32,456 bases of DNA from Pseudomonadota bacterium (GCA_031416315.1 JANOTL010000176.1:1-32456), one strand, 5' to 3'. Positions 8,382 through 17,212 are shown, numbered from the stretch's first letter. Translations and numbers: made by a program. Notes: generated from the sequence alone by a model not told the origin.

Positions 8382-8831
8382 ATGCAAGCTCTCAACGCAT
8401 TCGTCGTCGTCGCCTTTCTCTTCGTCTCCACCGTCGTCGCGGCCACGCCGGCCCAGCTGCCGTACAACGTCACCGTCGAAGCGGACGACGGCAGCCTCCG
8501 CATCGGCCTCGAGACGAAGAAGACCTACAGCTCGATGTGCGGCCGTAAGACCACCGAGCTGAAGATCACTGAGCCGAAGTCGGCTCCAGGCATGGGCATC
8601 CCGCGCCCGGCGATCGGCCTCGTCTCCTTCAAGACGGCCCTGAAATCCAACACCATGTGCATGATGGCCTTCGGCCCCCATCGCGGCGGCCTGACGCTCG
8701 CCATCGGCGACGCGATGCCGGCCCTGGCCCCGGGCTACTACGCGCTCGAGATCGACGCCAAGCGCTACGGCTACCTCCTCGTCTCAGAAGACGGCGCGGA
8801 GCTCCTCAGCGCGAGCCAGCTCCCCCAGTAA
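8382..8831 (+). CDS. Small secreted hypothetical protein (149 aa)
   Basis: GAGGA RBS; Sec signal peptide; two Cys (SMCGR, TMCMMAFGP) that could form a disulfide. Confidence 0.8.
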   Translation: MQALNAFVVVAFLFVSTVVAATPAQLPYNVTVEADDGSLRIGLETKKTYSSMCGRKTTELKITEPKSAPGMGIPRPAIGLVSFKTALKSNTMCMMAFGPHRGGLTLAIGDAMPALAPGYYALEIDAKRYGYLLVSEDGAELLSASQLPQ

Positions 8832-8891
8832 TCCACAGGGCGAGCACGGTCCTTGCAATCTCGCACGGCGCGTCTCATACGGAGGCACGCC

Positions 8892-10898
8892 GTGCGTCGT
8901 CACAAGCTTCTCATCGCTCTCGGCATCTTCGTCGCGCTCCTCGCCGGAATCGCGCTCTATATCAATAACTTTGATTGGAACCGCGCCAAGCCCTGGCTCG
9001 CGAAGAAGGGGATCGTCATCGACGGCGAGCTCGAGGTCCACCTCGGCGTGCACCCCGTCGTCGTCGCCCATCAGATCAAGATCGATCCGGTCTTCGCCGC
9101 CGACCGCGTCGAGGTGCACGGCGAGCTCTGGCCGCTGCTGAAAAAGCGCCTCGAGATCCCGGTGCTCCGCGTGAACGATGGCTGGTACCGCCTCGATCGC
9201 GAGCTGCCGACTTTCGGCGCCGAGCCGAAAACGCCCGAAGACCAGGCGGAGAAATCGAAGCTTCCGAGCTTCGAGCTCGTCCCCGGCGATTGGAGCGTCA
9301 CCAATTTCACCGTCAAAGACGACTCGCTCACCTCGAAGATCGCCAACCTGACGGCGCAGCATCACAACGGCAAGGACGTCACGCTCACGGCCGACGGCAA
9401 CGTCAACGGTCTCCGCGCCGAGCTTCGCGCCGAGCTCCGCAACTACCTCAAAGCCGTCCTGAAAAATGAACGCGTCGATCTCGACGCCACGGCGAGCATC
9501 GGTGAAGCGACGCTCGCCGCCCGCGGCCAGATCGCCAACGTGGCCGAGCTCACCGGGCTCGACATTCGCATCAACGCCGAAGGCAAGGGCCTCACCAAGA
9601 TTTTTGCCGCCTTCGGGATTCGCCTGAGCGACGAGCTGGCTCCATTTCGCATCGCGACGCATCTGAAACGAGACGCGCAAACCTGGCTCTTCGACGACAT
9701 CGACGCCGCCGTCGGCCCGTCTCAGGTCAAGGGCCACGTCCGTATCGACCCCTCGAAAAAGCCCGTCGCCATCGCCGTCACTGCCCAGATGCCCCATCTC
9801 GCCTTCGCCGACTTCGGCCCCTTCATGCCGAAGAGCGTCGCGGAGGAGCTGCCCCCGGCGAAGCTTGCGGGAGCCAAGGGACCGGCAGGAGCGAAGGGCG
9901 TGACCGGCGCACGGGGTGGGACCGGCGTCGCTCCGACGAAGGCTCCGCTCTTTTCCGACGCCGCTCTGCCGACCGACGGACTCGACGCGCTCGACCTCTT
10001 CGTCGACGTCAAGGTCGCGAAGTTCGTCGGTCCCGACAAGGCCTCGCTGATCCAGGCCTTCAACGTCAAGGTCACGGCCCGGGACCGAACGCTCACCGTC
10101 GAGCCCCTGTGGATGAAGCTCGCGGGCGGCGAGATGGAGACGACGCTCCACTACGACGCCACCAAGAAAACCCCGCACGCCCGTCTGCGCTCCACGATGA
10201 AGCAGGTGAACCTCGGCCCGATCGCCGCCGAGTTCCTGAAGGACGGCGGCCTGTCCTCGAAGAAGCTGGGCAAGCTCGAGATCGACGAGCTCCTCACCGG
10301 AAAACTGGGCGCCCGCCTCGACGTCACCGGCAACGGTCACTCGTTCGCAAGGATGATGGGTGGCCTTGACGGCAGCGTGAAGCTAGCGCTCGAGGACGGC
10401 AAGATGAGCTCGCTCATAGTCGAGATTCTAGGCATGGACGTCACCGAGTCCATCGGTACCCTTCTCGCGGAGAATCAGACCATCGCGATGGACTGCCTCC
10501 TGATCGACCTCGCCGCAAAGGAAGGCGCCGTTCAGCCGAACGTCGTTCTCGTCTCGACGAAGGACTCCGACATCATGCTGAAAGGCACCCTAGACCTGCG
10601 CCAAGAGTCCCTCGAGGCCGTCTTGAAGACGGAGCCGAAGGACTTCAGCTTGGGAGCATTGCGGACGCCGATCACGATTCAGGGACCACTTTCGAACCTC
10701 AAGGTCGACGTCGATCGCGAGCAAGCCTTCGGCCGCCTCGCGGCGACGATCGCGCTGGGTGCGCTGGTGACGCCGGCCGCTGCGCTGATCCCGCTGATCG
10801 AGACCGGACTCGGCAAGGAGGGTCGCTGCTCCGAGTACGGTCGCCAGATCGTGGCTCTGACGAAGCTGCAGCCGAAGAATCCGCAGGTCACTCACTGA
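8892..10898 (+). CDS. AsmA family protein (YhjG-like)
   Basis: GTG start after GGAGG; N-terminal TM followed by FDWNRAKP; C-terminal G.G.S...MMGGLDG, ILGMDVTE, DCL, LRTPITIQGPL, LGALVTPAAALIPLIETG..C, all typical of AsmA/YhjG. Confidence 0.85.
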   Translation: MRRHKLLIALGIFVALLAGIALYINNFDWNRAKPWLAKKGIVIDGELEVHLGVHPVVVAHQIKIDPVFAADRVEVHGELWPLLKKRLEIPVLRVNDGWYRLDRELPTFGAEPKTPEDQAEKSKLPSFELVPGDWSVTNFTVKDDSLTSKIANLTAQHHNGKDVTLTADGNVNGLRAELRAELRNYLKAVLKNERVDLDATASIGEATLAARGQIANVAELTGLDIRINAEGKGLTKIFAAFGIRLSDELAPFRIATHLKRDAQTWLFDDIDAAVGPSQVKGHVRIDPSKKPVAIAVTAQMPHLAFADFGPFMPKSVAEELPPAKLAGAKGPAGAKGVTGARGGTGVAPTKAPLFSDAALPTDGLDALDLFVDVKVAKFVGPDKASLIQAFNVKVTARDRTLTVEPLWMKLAGGEMETTLHYDATKKTPHARLRSTMKQVNLGPIAAEFLKDGGLSSKKLGKLEIDELLTGKLGARLDVTGNGHSFARMMGGLDGSVKLALEDGKMSSLIVEILGMDVTESIGTLLAENQTIAMDCLLIDLAAKEGAVQPNVVLVSTKDSDIMLKGTLDLRQESLEAVLKTEPKDFSLGALRTPITIQGPLSNLKVDVDREQAFGRLAATIALGALVTPAAALIPLIETGLGKEGRCSEYGRQIVALTKLQPKNPQVTH

Positions 10899-10971
10899 GA
10901 GGGGCGATTCCGCTACGCGAAGGGGGTGGAAGCGCTGTCTCACTCACTCCCGCCGCAGCGACGAATAGGGG

Positions 10972-11949
10972 TCAGCGCTCCCCGTTCCAGCTTCCCCGCA
11001 CCGTCGGATCATGACCGAGGCCGTACGACCCCTGAAAACTCCGCCCGTCATTCGCGAGCCGGAAGCGGATCCAGCCGTTGCTGCCCTGAGCGCTCCACCG
11101 CCCCGTCACGTCGCGGCCTTGCACGACGACGTCGAAGATCTGCCCGGTGAAGCCGGAGGTGCGATAGGTACCTTGGCCGCCAGAGATGTCCAGATTCGCT
11201 CCGACCCAGCCGTTGCCGACCGAATATTGCGAGTGCCAACGTCCGTCGAAGCCAGCCTGGCCGCCACCGCAACGGCGGAGCTCCCAGCCCCAGGCCAAAC
11301 CGCGCGCCGTCGTCACATCGGCACGCTGCACCGCGATCTCGGCATCCGTGACGCCATCGTCGCTGCTCGCCGAGGCGCCGACCGAGCCTTCGAGCGTGAC
11401 CTGCTCGCCGCAAGGCGACCATCCCATGTCGTTCGTCTCGACGACGAGCGACCAGTTGCCGAGCTCTGTGCCGACGCCTTCGGCCCGCGTGATACGCATC
11501 ATGTCGCCGAGATCCCGGTCGTGCAGGTGCTTGTTGGTCTGGACGTCAAATGACATCTGCATCGCATCGTCGTCGCCGGAGACCAGGCGGTAAGAGCTCT
11601 GCACCGTCGTCGTGGTTCCGTGGCTCGGCGCATCGTGACGGCCTTGCAGCATGACCGCCGCGATCCGCATCTGATGCCCTGCCGGCGGCCTCACCTGCAC
11701 GCTGACCGAGCAATACTCCTCGGCGTAGCTCGTCCCAGGCAAAACGGTCGCTGCGTCGAGGTCCGAGAGCACGAGACCGTAGGAGAACTTGCCGTTGCCG
11801 TCGTCCGTCAGCGACGCCGCCACGCGGCTTGCGTCAAGGCAACCGCTGCCTTCAACTTGAAGCGACGACACCGTCGGGGCTTCGGCGAAGGCGGCGCCCG
11901 CATGGGCGAGATAGAGCGAGATCAACAGGCGGGTGGCGACGAGTTTCAT
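10972..11949 (-). CDS. Secreted DUF4360-like protein with extra C-terminal Gly/Trp beta domain
   Basis: Signal peptide AFA-E; EGSGC, YCSVSVQV.PPAG, WSPCG, W..RRC; C-terminal ~90 aa with repeated G.W/G.Y strands. Confidence 0.8.
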   Translation of the reverse strand: MKLVATRLLISLYLAHAGAAFAEAPTVSSLQVEGSGCLDASRVAASLTDDGNGKFSYGLVLSDLDAATVLPGTSYAEEYCSVSVQVRPPAGHQMRIAAVMLQGRHDAPSHGTTTTVQSSYRLVSGDDDAMQMSFDVQTNKHLHDRDLGDMMRITRAEGVGTELGNWSLVVETNDMGWSPCGEQVTLEGSVGASASSDDGVTDAEIAVQRADVTTARGLAWGWELRRCGGGQAGFDGRWHSQYSVGNGWVGANLDISGGQGTYRTSGFTGQIFDVVVQGRDVTGRWSAQGSNGWIRFRLANDGRSFQGSYGLGHDPTVRGSWNGER

Positions 11950-12018
11950 GACGGGCTTCCTTAAGAATCGAAAGGTCGAGGTGTGTGATGCGAACCGGAC
12001 GTCCTAGGGAACGCTCGA

Positions 12019-13005
12019 TCAGCGAACACGCTGCGCCGAAAAGCGGCCGATCGCATCTTCACCTTGGTCGATGCCGTAACCCCATTCGCCCTCGAGGACG
12101 TTCAGCGGCGGGTTGACCGGCGTGTGCCAGCGTACCCAGCCTTGCTCCGAGCCGCGGCGCCAGGTGCCGGTGACGAGCGTGTCCTCTTGATCGATCGACG
12201 AGAAGAGGATCGCGGCGCCAGCGCCCGAGACGGAGCCTCGTCCGAAGGAGAGGGCCATGCTGCCTCTGCGTACCGCGCCGTTCACGTCGGTGAACTCCGC
12301 GCGCCACGTGCCATCGAGGATGGCGCGGCACTTTTCGAAGCGCCAGCCCCAGCCGAGGCTGTAGCGGAGGGTGGCATCCATGCGTTGGACGACCATCTCC
12401 GGGTATTCGTCGGCGCCGTTCGAGTCCGCGACCGCCTCGACGGTGCCACCGAACGCGACGTTCCCGCCGCAGCCCGTGTAGTGCGAGACGTCCTGATTCT
12501 TCCAGGCGATGTCCCAGTTGCCTGCGGCGGTCGGGATGCCGCTGATCTGCGTCACCTGCGCATCGCGCAGGATCTCGTCGCTGCCGAGGGCCGGCTGGTA
12601 ATGCTCTTTGCAAGCGCCGGCTTTCGGGTCTAGATCGTAGCCGATGCGGTAGTCGTTCATCGTATAGTCGGTGAACACCGTCGTCCGGCTCGCGCCGGGC
12701 GCATCGTGCTTGCCTTGGATCGCGACCGAGGCGACCTGCATCTTGTAGTTGACGGGCAGGCGCACGTCGACGCGCACTGTGCAGCGGGAGCTCGCCGAGG
12801 CGAACGGTTGGGCGGCGGCCTCCAAGCCCGAAAAGAGGATTCCGTACGTGCCGTTGGCGGCCAAGGCGCCGAGGGCCGAGCCTTCGGGGCAGCCGCTTCC
12901 TTCGTAGGCGAGCGCTCCGACTTCCAAGCCTTGCGGCGGCAGGTTTCCGGCCAAGGCCGGCGTGGACGCAAAGGCGAGCAAGCTCGCGATCAAAACGTGT
13001 CTCAT
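12019..13005 (-). CDS. Secreted DUF4360-like protein with extra C-terminal Gly/Trp beta domain
   Basis: AGGAGG RBS; signal ALA-G; YEGSGCPEGS, RCTVRVDV.LP, YTGCGG, WRFEKC; ATGA overlap with the upstream gene. Confidence 0.85.
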   Translation of the reverse strand: MRHVLIASLLAFASTPALAGNLPPQGLEVGALAYEGSGCPEGSALGALAANGTYGILFSGLEAAAQPFASASSRCTVRVDVRLPVNYKMQVASVAIQGKHDAPGASRTTVFTDYTMNDYRIGYDLDPKAGACKEHYQPALGSDEILRDAQVTQISGIPTAAGNWDIAWKNQDVSHYTGCGGNVAFGGTVEAVADSNGADEYPEMVVQRMDATLRYSLGWGWRFEKCRAILDGTWRAEFTDVNGAVRRGSMALSFGRGSVSGAGAAILFSSIDQEDTLVTGTWRRGSEQGWVRWHTPVNPPLNVLEGEWGYGIDQGEDAIGRFSAQRVR

Positions 13006-13628
13006 GGCTCAATCCTCCTGGAATCGGTCGGCGACTCGCACCGTTTGTAAGTAATGCTGGGAATTTTGACGTACTGCACACCGATCGACTCGACGGGCGT
13101 CGGCTCGCCGTCGGCCACGGCGCGAACTCGCGCCGTCGCGTCCACGAGGACGTTGAGCTCCGGAGAGACGCCGCATCCCAGGAGGCGCTCCGGCCAATTC
13201 GCCGGCGTCTCGACGAACTCCGAGACCGCGGCGTCGCCGGCGAAGCGTTTGAACCAGCCGTCGCCTGGGGAGCCGGTCTCGAACCACCGCACCGAAAGAT
13301 TGGCCGAGCCCACCGCGGCGTGCTCGCTCCGTCCTTTGACCTCGGGCGCTCCGACGTAGGCGGCGAAGCCCGCTGGCACGTTGATCTTCAGCCGCACGGA
13401 GCAGAAGACGCGGACTCGAGCGGCAAGTCCTTCTGCGCGGGCGACGAGCCCGCCGTATTCGATCGAGATCGGCTCGCCCGGAGCGCCGGTGAGGCGCAGC
13501 GCTGCGGGACAGTCGCCGGTCGTCTCAAGGATCTCGGCTTCGGCGGCCTCGCCGCACTCCGAGGCGGCGGCGCCGAGGGGCAGCGCCAGAAGAACCAATC
13601 CAAGGGGCAAATGACGTTTGCAAAACAT
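13002..13628 (-). CDS. Secreted DUF4360-like protein (208 aa)
   Basis: C-terminal part of track ORF 13002..14369; ATG 13628 after AGGAGG; signal peptide; TGDCP, FCSVRLKINVPAGF, LGCG, YKRC. Confidence 0.75.
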   Translation of the reverse strand: MFCKRHLPLGLVLLALPLGAAASECGEAAEAEILETTGDCPAALRLTGAPGEPISIEYGGLVARAEGLAARVRVFCSVRLKINVPAGFAAYVGAPEVKGRSEHAAVGSANLSVRWFETGSPGDGWFKRFAGDAAVSEFVETPANWPERLLGCGVSPELNVLVDATARVRAVADGEPTPVESIGVQYVKIPSITYKRCESPTDSRRIEP

Positions 13629-13663
13629 GATGGAATGGTCCTCCTTGGCGCGGTGACGAAGAC

Positions 13664-14278
13664 TTAGTGGCAAGGGACGATTTGCACGCCGCAGTGGAAG
13701 ATGGAACGGACGTCGGCTTCGCCGATGCCGCGGTCGACGGTGACCTGGCTGTAGGATCCGAAGCCCGGACGGGTCCGCGCCGTCAGGTCTGCCAAGAAGT
13801 TGATCTCCGCCGTGCCGCCGCAGGACGAGTAGTTGAGCTGGCCCGCGTAGGTGTTGACGTCGAAGTTGCCTTGGTCGCCGGCGCGGAACGACTTGAAGCC
13901 GTTGACTCCGGGCGTGCCGCTCAGGAAGTAGCGCGCGCTGATGTTGCCGCTGCCGCCTTCGGCCGAGATGTCGACCAGGCCTTGGTACTTGAGGTAGGTC
14001 GGCGCGAGCTTGTAGCCCCAAGGAATCGCGACCGTCTGGCGGATGTTGCAGAACTTGCGCACGCGCGGCTGCGCGTCGTCGGCTTCGGCGTCGAGGGACG
14101 GCACCAGGATGTCGAACGCTTGACCTTCCTCGGTCTGGACGACCGTCAAGAGGGTCGTCGGGTCGTTGCAGTCGCCGGTCAGCAGAGGCTGGCCGACGAG
14201 CTGGATCTGCGGGGTGGCTTGGGCCGAGCTGGCGGCGAGGGCAAGGACGGCGAAGAGGGACGAGGTGAACAGTTTCAT
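13664..14278 (-). CDS. Secreted DUF4360-like protein (204 aa), first gene of the cluster
   Basis: ATG 14278 after GGAG; signal AQA-T; TGDC, RKFCNIRQTVAIPWGY, ARYF, YSSCGG, terminal PCH. Confidence 0.85.
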   Translation of the reverse strand: MKLFTSSLFAVLALAASSAQATPQIQLVGQPLLTGDCNDPTTLLTVVQTEEGQAFDILVPSLDAEADDAQPRVRKFCNIRQTVAIPWGYKLAPTYLKYQGLVDISAEGGSGNISARYFLSGTPGVNGFKSFRAGDQGNFDVNTYAGQLNYSSCGGTAEINFLADLTARTRPGFGSYSQVTVDRGIGEADVRSIFHCGVQIVPCH

Positions 14279-14364
14279 GATCGATTGCTCCGAAGTGGGG
14301 CTCGGTATGAGCCGGTTGTTGAAGCAACGCTGGGCAAACTCGTTTGCTGCATCGCCTCGCTCTT

Positions 14365-14380
14365 TGCACGCGCAGGGCCT
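14365..14380 (-). promoter_or_regulatory. Putative sigma54 -24/-12 promoter of the DUF4360 cluster
   Basis: AGGCCCTGCGCGTGCA (GG-N10-GC, TGCA at -12), 87 nt upstream of ATG 14278. Confidence 0.4.
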
Positions 14381-14404
14381 CGTCAAATCAGCTCACCTGC
14401 AAAT

Positions 14405-14425
14405 TATTTCAATAGAATTGAAATA
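14405..14425. promoter_or_regulatory. Perfect AT-rich inverted repeat, putative operator
   Basis: TATTTCAAT-AGA-ATTGAAATA (9-3-9). Confidence 0.6.
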
Positions 14426-14632
14426 TTAAATGGCACGGCTCCGCCATAACCCTTTGGTGAAAATGGCAGAACAGCTCGGGCTACCGCTCGCCGTCTAGCC
14501 TTGGAGAGCGTCTGCCATGCTCGAACTATATTGTTCCCGCGCGGTCGCTATAACGCTCGGCATCCCCAATGGGAGGACTTCGATAGAGACAGCTTCATGG
14601 GATATTCCGCCCTGCCGCCGCCGCCCTGAAGC

Positions 14633-15430
14633 TCACCGCGCATTGAACAAAGGCTCCACCACCCGCCCCACGAACGGCGCCCCAACCTTCTCCAAGTAGA
14701 TCCGCCGAAACGCACCCTCGTCGTAGACCAGCAGATTCGGCCGATCCCAGCTCTCCACGCTCAGCATCAGCCCGCCGTCGCCCTGCGGCCTCTTCTCCGC
14801 GTAAGGCACGTGGAAGTGTCCAATCACCCCATGATCCGCGCGCGCGCCGCCGGCAAGCCACCGGTCGAAGGCCGCGAGAATCGTCCCGTGATCTAGCTGC
14901 CGGTACTGATCCTTCGCCCGCGACGTCTTCGCGAAACGCATCGTCCACGCGTCGAGCCAGCGTCCGGGCACCAGGCTCGCGAAGAACGCGAAAAACCGCG
15001 ACTTCACGATCGCCCGGAAGCGCCGGTACCATGGGTCATCCTTGATCAGATCACCGTGCGTGATCTTCACCGTGACGCCCGATTTCAAGGTGATCGAGAA
15101 ATCTTTCACGGTCACGAACTCGACACCCGCCCAGCCGATTCCGCGCATGTGGAACTCGTGGTTCCCTTCGATGAACACGACGCGCACGCCCGCGGCCGCG
15201 AGCTTCGACAGCGCCGCTCCGAGCACGCGAAACTTTTCTTGATAGAAGCGGCTCTCACCGAAACAGAAGTCGAAGACGTCGCCGTTGAGCACCAGCGCCT
15301 CGGTCTTGCCCGGCTCGATCCGCCCCAGGACGTCGAGAAGCCGCACGCCGCGCTCGTCGTCCGGGCGCAAGATATGGAGGTCGGAGGCCAAAACCAAGGC
15401 CGCGTCCAAACGCCAACCCGTTGAATTCAT
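14633..15430 (-). CDS. Calcineurin-like metallophosphoesterase, UDP-2,3-diacylglucosamine diphosphatase (LpxH)-like
   Basis: SDLH, GDVFD, EGNHE, HGD and GHFH motifs, plus the D..Y..FR..R LpxH-like lid. It has GNHE rather than the E. coli LpxH GNRD, so specificity is not certain. Confidence 0.8.
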   Translation of the reverse strand: MNSTGWRLDAALVLASDLHILRPDDERGVRLLDVLGRIEPGKTEALVLNGDVFDFCFGESRFYQEKFRVLGAALSKLAAAGVRVVFIEGNHEFHMRGIGWAGVEFVTVKDFSITLKSGVTVKITHGDLIKDDPWYRRFRAIVKSRFFAFFASLVPGRWLDAWTMRFAKTSRAKDQYRQLDHGTILAAFDRWLAGGARADHGVIGHFHVPYAEKRPQGDGGLMLSVESWDRPNLLVYDEGAFRRIYLEKVGAPFVGRVVEPLFNAR

Positions 15431-15450
15431 CGGTTTACTTCCGAGCTTTC

Positions 15451-15477
15451 TAAGCCCGACACGGGCCTTCCCGATAT
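15451..15477 (+). promoter_or_regulatory. Putative sigma28-type promoter
   Basis: TAAG-N15-CCCGATAT, ending 7 nt before ATG 15485. Confidence 0.6.
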
Positions 15478-15484
15478 CTTGGAC

Positions 15485-16750
15485 ATGATCCGCGGCTTAC
15501 GCCATCCCTTCCTGATCCTTCTCGCTCTCGCCGCCGGCGAGGGCCGCGCCGACCCGTTCGAGTCGCAAGCGAACCAGCGCAACATGCTCCCCGGCGGCCG
15601 GGCCGCGATGCTCGGCGGCGCCTACACCGCGATCTCGGACGATGCCTCCGGCTCTTACTATAATCCCGCGGGCCTCGTCTTCTCGCACGACGACCGGCTC
15701 GAGGTCTCGGGCACCGCCTACCGCTCGACGCGCCTCACCTACGAGGGCGCGATCAACGACCAGCCGTTCGAGGAGCGCTCAGAGGTCATCTACCCGAACT
15801 TCTTCGGTGGCACCGCGCGCTGGGGTCCTTTGACCCTCGGCTATTCCTACATGACGCTCGACGCGCGCAACGTCTATCAACAAGACAAGTACGACAACAT
15901 CGACACCGAGGAAGGCACGGCGAGCAGCTATAGCCGCACCTTTCTCGAGCGCAGCAACCTCCTCTGGGTCGGCGGCACGGCCGCGCTCCGCTTCGGCGAG
16001 CACCTGTCTTACGGCGGCTCCGTCTTCTACTACCAGCGCAACATCGAGTACGTGACGAACCAGCTGGCCATTATCAACGGCGGCGGCTTGCAGAACATCG
16101 CGGGAACGCTGAAAACCTTGAACACCGGCATCGCCGGCGTCAACGGCTTGATGCTGAACTTCCAAGACTTCACGTTCGGCCTCTCCATCCGCACCGCCAT
16201 GGCGCTCTCGAACCGCAGCCGCTACATCGCCGACACCATCCTCTTCGATCCCGACGACGAGAGCGTGGAGCCCACGGTTACGCACATCGAAACCAAGTAC
16301 AAACCGTACAACGAGCTCAATCCGACGACCTACACGCTCGGCATGGCCTGGCATCCGGCGAAGGCGCTCCTCGTCTCTACCGACGTCGTCTGCCATGAGG
16401 GCGTGAAGTCCCGTTACAAGAGGCTCGGCGGTCACGACCTCCACACGACCTTCAACTACAGCCTCGGCGTCGAGCTCACCGCCGGATTCCTGAGTCTTCT
16501 CGGCGGAGTGTTCACCAACAACTCGATGTTCCGCGCCCCCGACCCGGAGCTCGCGCGGCAGCCCGTCCACGTCGACTACAAGGGCGTGAGCGGCGGGATC
16601 TCCTGGAACATCGGCGGCCTACGCGGCGAGCTCGGCTTCGTCCGCCAGGTCGGGACCGGCGAGTCGCAAATTATCACCGGATCGACGGCCATCCAGAAGA
16701 CGACCGGCGAGATCTCGACCTACCTGATCAGCGGCAAGGTCCCACTTTAA
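15485..16750 (+). CDS. Outer-membrane beta-barrel, FadL/OmpP1/TodX-like
   Basis: Signal peptide; GGRAAMLGGAYTAISDDASGSYYNPAGL hatch motif; amphipathic strands. Confidence 0.8.
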   Translation: MIRGLRHPFLILLALAAGEGRADPFESQANQRNMLPGGRAAMLGGAYTAISDDASGSYYNPAGLVFSHDDRLEVSGTAYRSTRLTYEGAINDQPFEERSEVIYPNFFGGTARWGPLTLGYSYMTLDARNVYQQDKYDNIDTEEGTASSYSRTFLERSNLLWVGGTAALRFGEHLSYGGSVFYYQRNIEYVTNQLAIINGGGLQNIAGTLKTLNTGIAGVNGLMLNFQDFTFGLSIRTAMALSNRSRYIADTILFDPDDESVEPTVTHIETKYKPYNELNPTTYTLGMAWHPAKALLVSTDVVCHEGVKSRYKRLGGHDLHTTFNYSLGVELTAGFLSLLGGVFTNNSMFRAPDPELARQPVHVDYKGVSGGISWNIGGLRGELGFVRQVGTGESQIITGSTAIQKTTGEISTYLISGKVPL

Positions 16751-16868
16751 AAAACATTAATGGTCGAGGCAGCTTGGCTCGCCGCTTTGAGCTTGCCATA
16801 GCCGTGTGATTTTGGTTATTTAGGGCCCGCTGTTCCAAAATTAGACCGTGTTTGGAGGAAGTCTTCCC

Positions 16869-17114
16869 ATGTCGCTTTCCGTCGAGGAAAAGGTCAAGCA
16901 GATCGTCGTCAACCAACTCGGTGTCGAAGAGAGCTCGGTGGTCGCCAAGGCGAAATTCATCGAAGACCTCGGCGCCGACTCGCTCGACATCGTCGAGCTC
17001 GTGATGGCGATGGAAGAAGCCTTCGGGGTCGACATCCCGGACGAAGAAGCCGAGAACATCCGCACGGTCGAAGATGCGATCGCGTACATCAAGAAAGCCG
17101 AGCACGACGCCTAA
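16869..17114 (+). CDS. acpP: Acyl carrier protein
   Basis: [28 protein letters not shown] phosphopantetheine site. Confidence 0.97.
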   Translation: MSLSVEEKVKQIVVNQLGVEESSVVAKAKFIEDLGADSLDIVELVMAMEEAFGVDIPDEEAENIRTVEDAIAYIKKAEHDA

Positions 17115-17141
17115 GCGTCCCCCGCCTTTCTCTCGTCGCCA

Positions 17142-17168
17142 GCGGGCCGCTCAACACTCGAGGCCCGC
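17142..17168 (+). other. Intergenic stem-loop after acpP (no U-tract)
   Basis: GCGGGCC...GGCCCGC 7-bp stem. Confidence 0.4.
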
Positions 17169-17212
17169 AGCGCACGCTCCCCTCTCCTCTACTCCCCATT
17201 GAGGTTCAGGCC

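Noticed and set aside
10899..10971. Possible REP element or terminator between convergent genes
   Set aside because: Only weak imperfect pairing, no U-tract, and no second copy seen in the window.
14331..14350. GGGCAAAC resembling a c-di-GMP-I riboswitch
   Set aside because: On the non-coding strand and lacking the GNRA loop and downstream GCAAAG/P3 elements.
13002..14369. 455-aa ORF suggesting a fusion or frameshift between two DUF4360 genes
   Set aside because: The N-terminal half is an off-frame read of the 13664..14278 gene; the true gene has its own AGGAGG RBS and signal peptide at 13628.
14431..14446. TGGCAC sigma54-like site on the plus strand
   Set aside because: GC spacing is 9 rather than 10 and no credible plus-strand gene follows; the 60-aa ORF at 14517 is unsupported.
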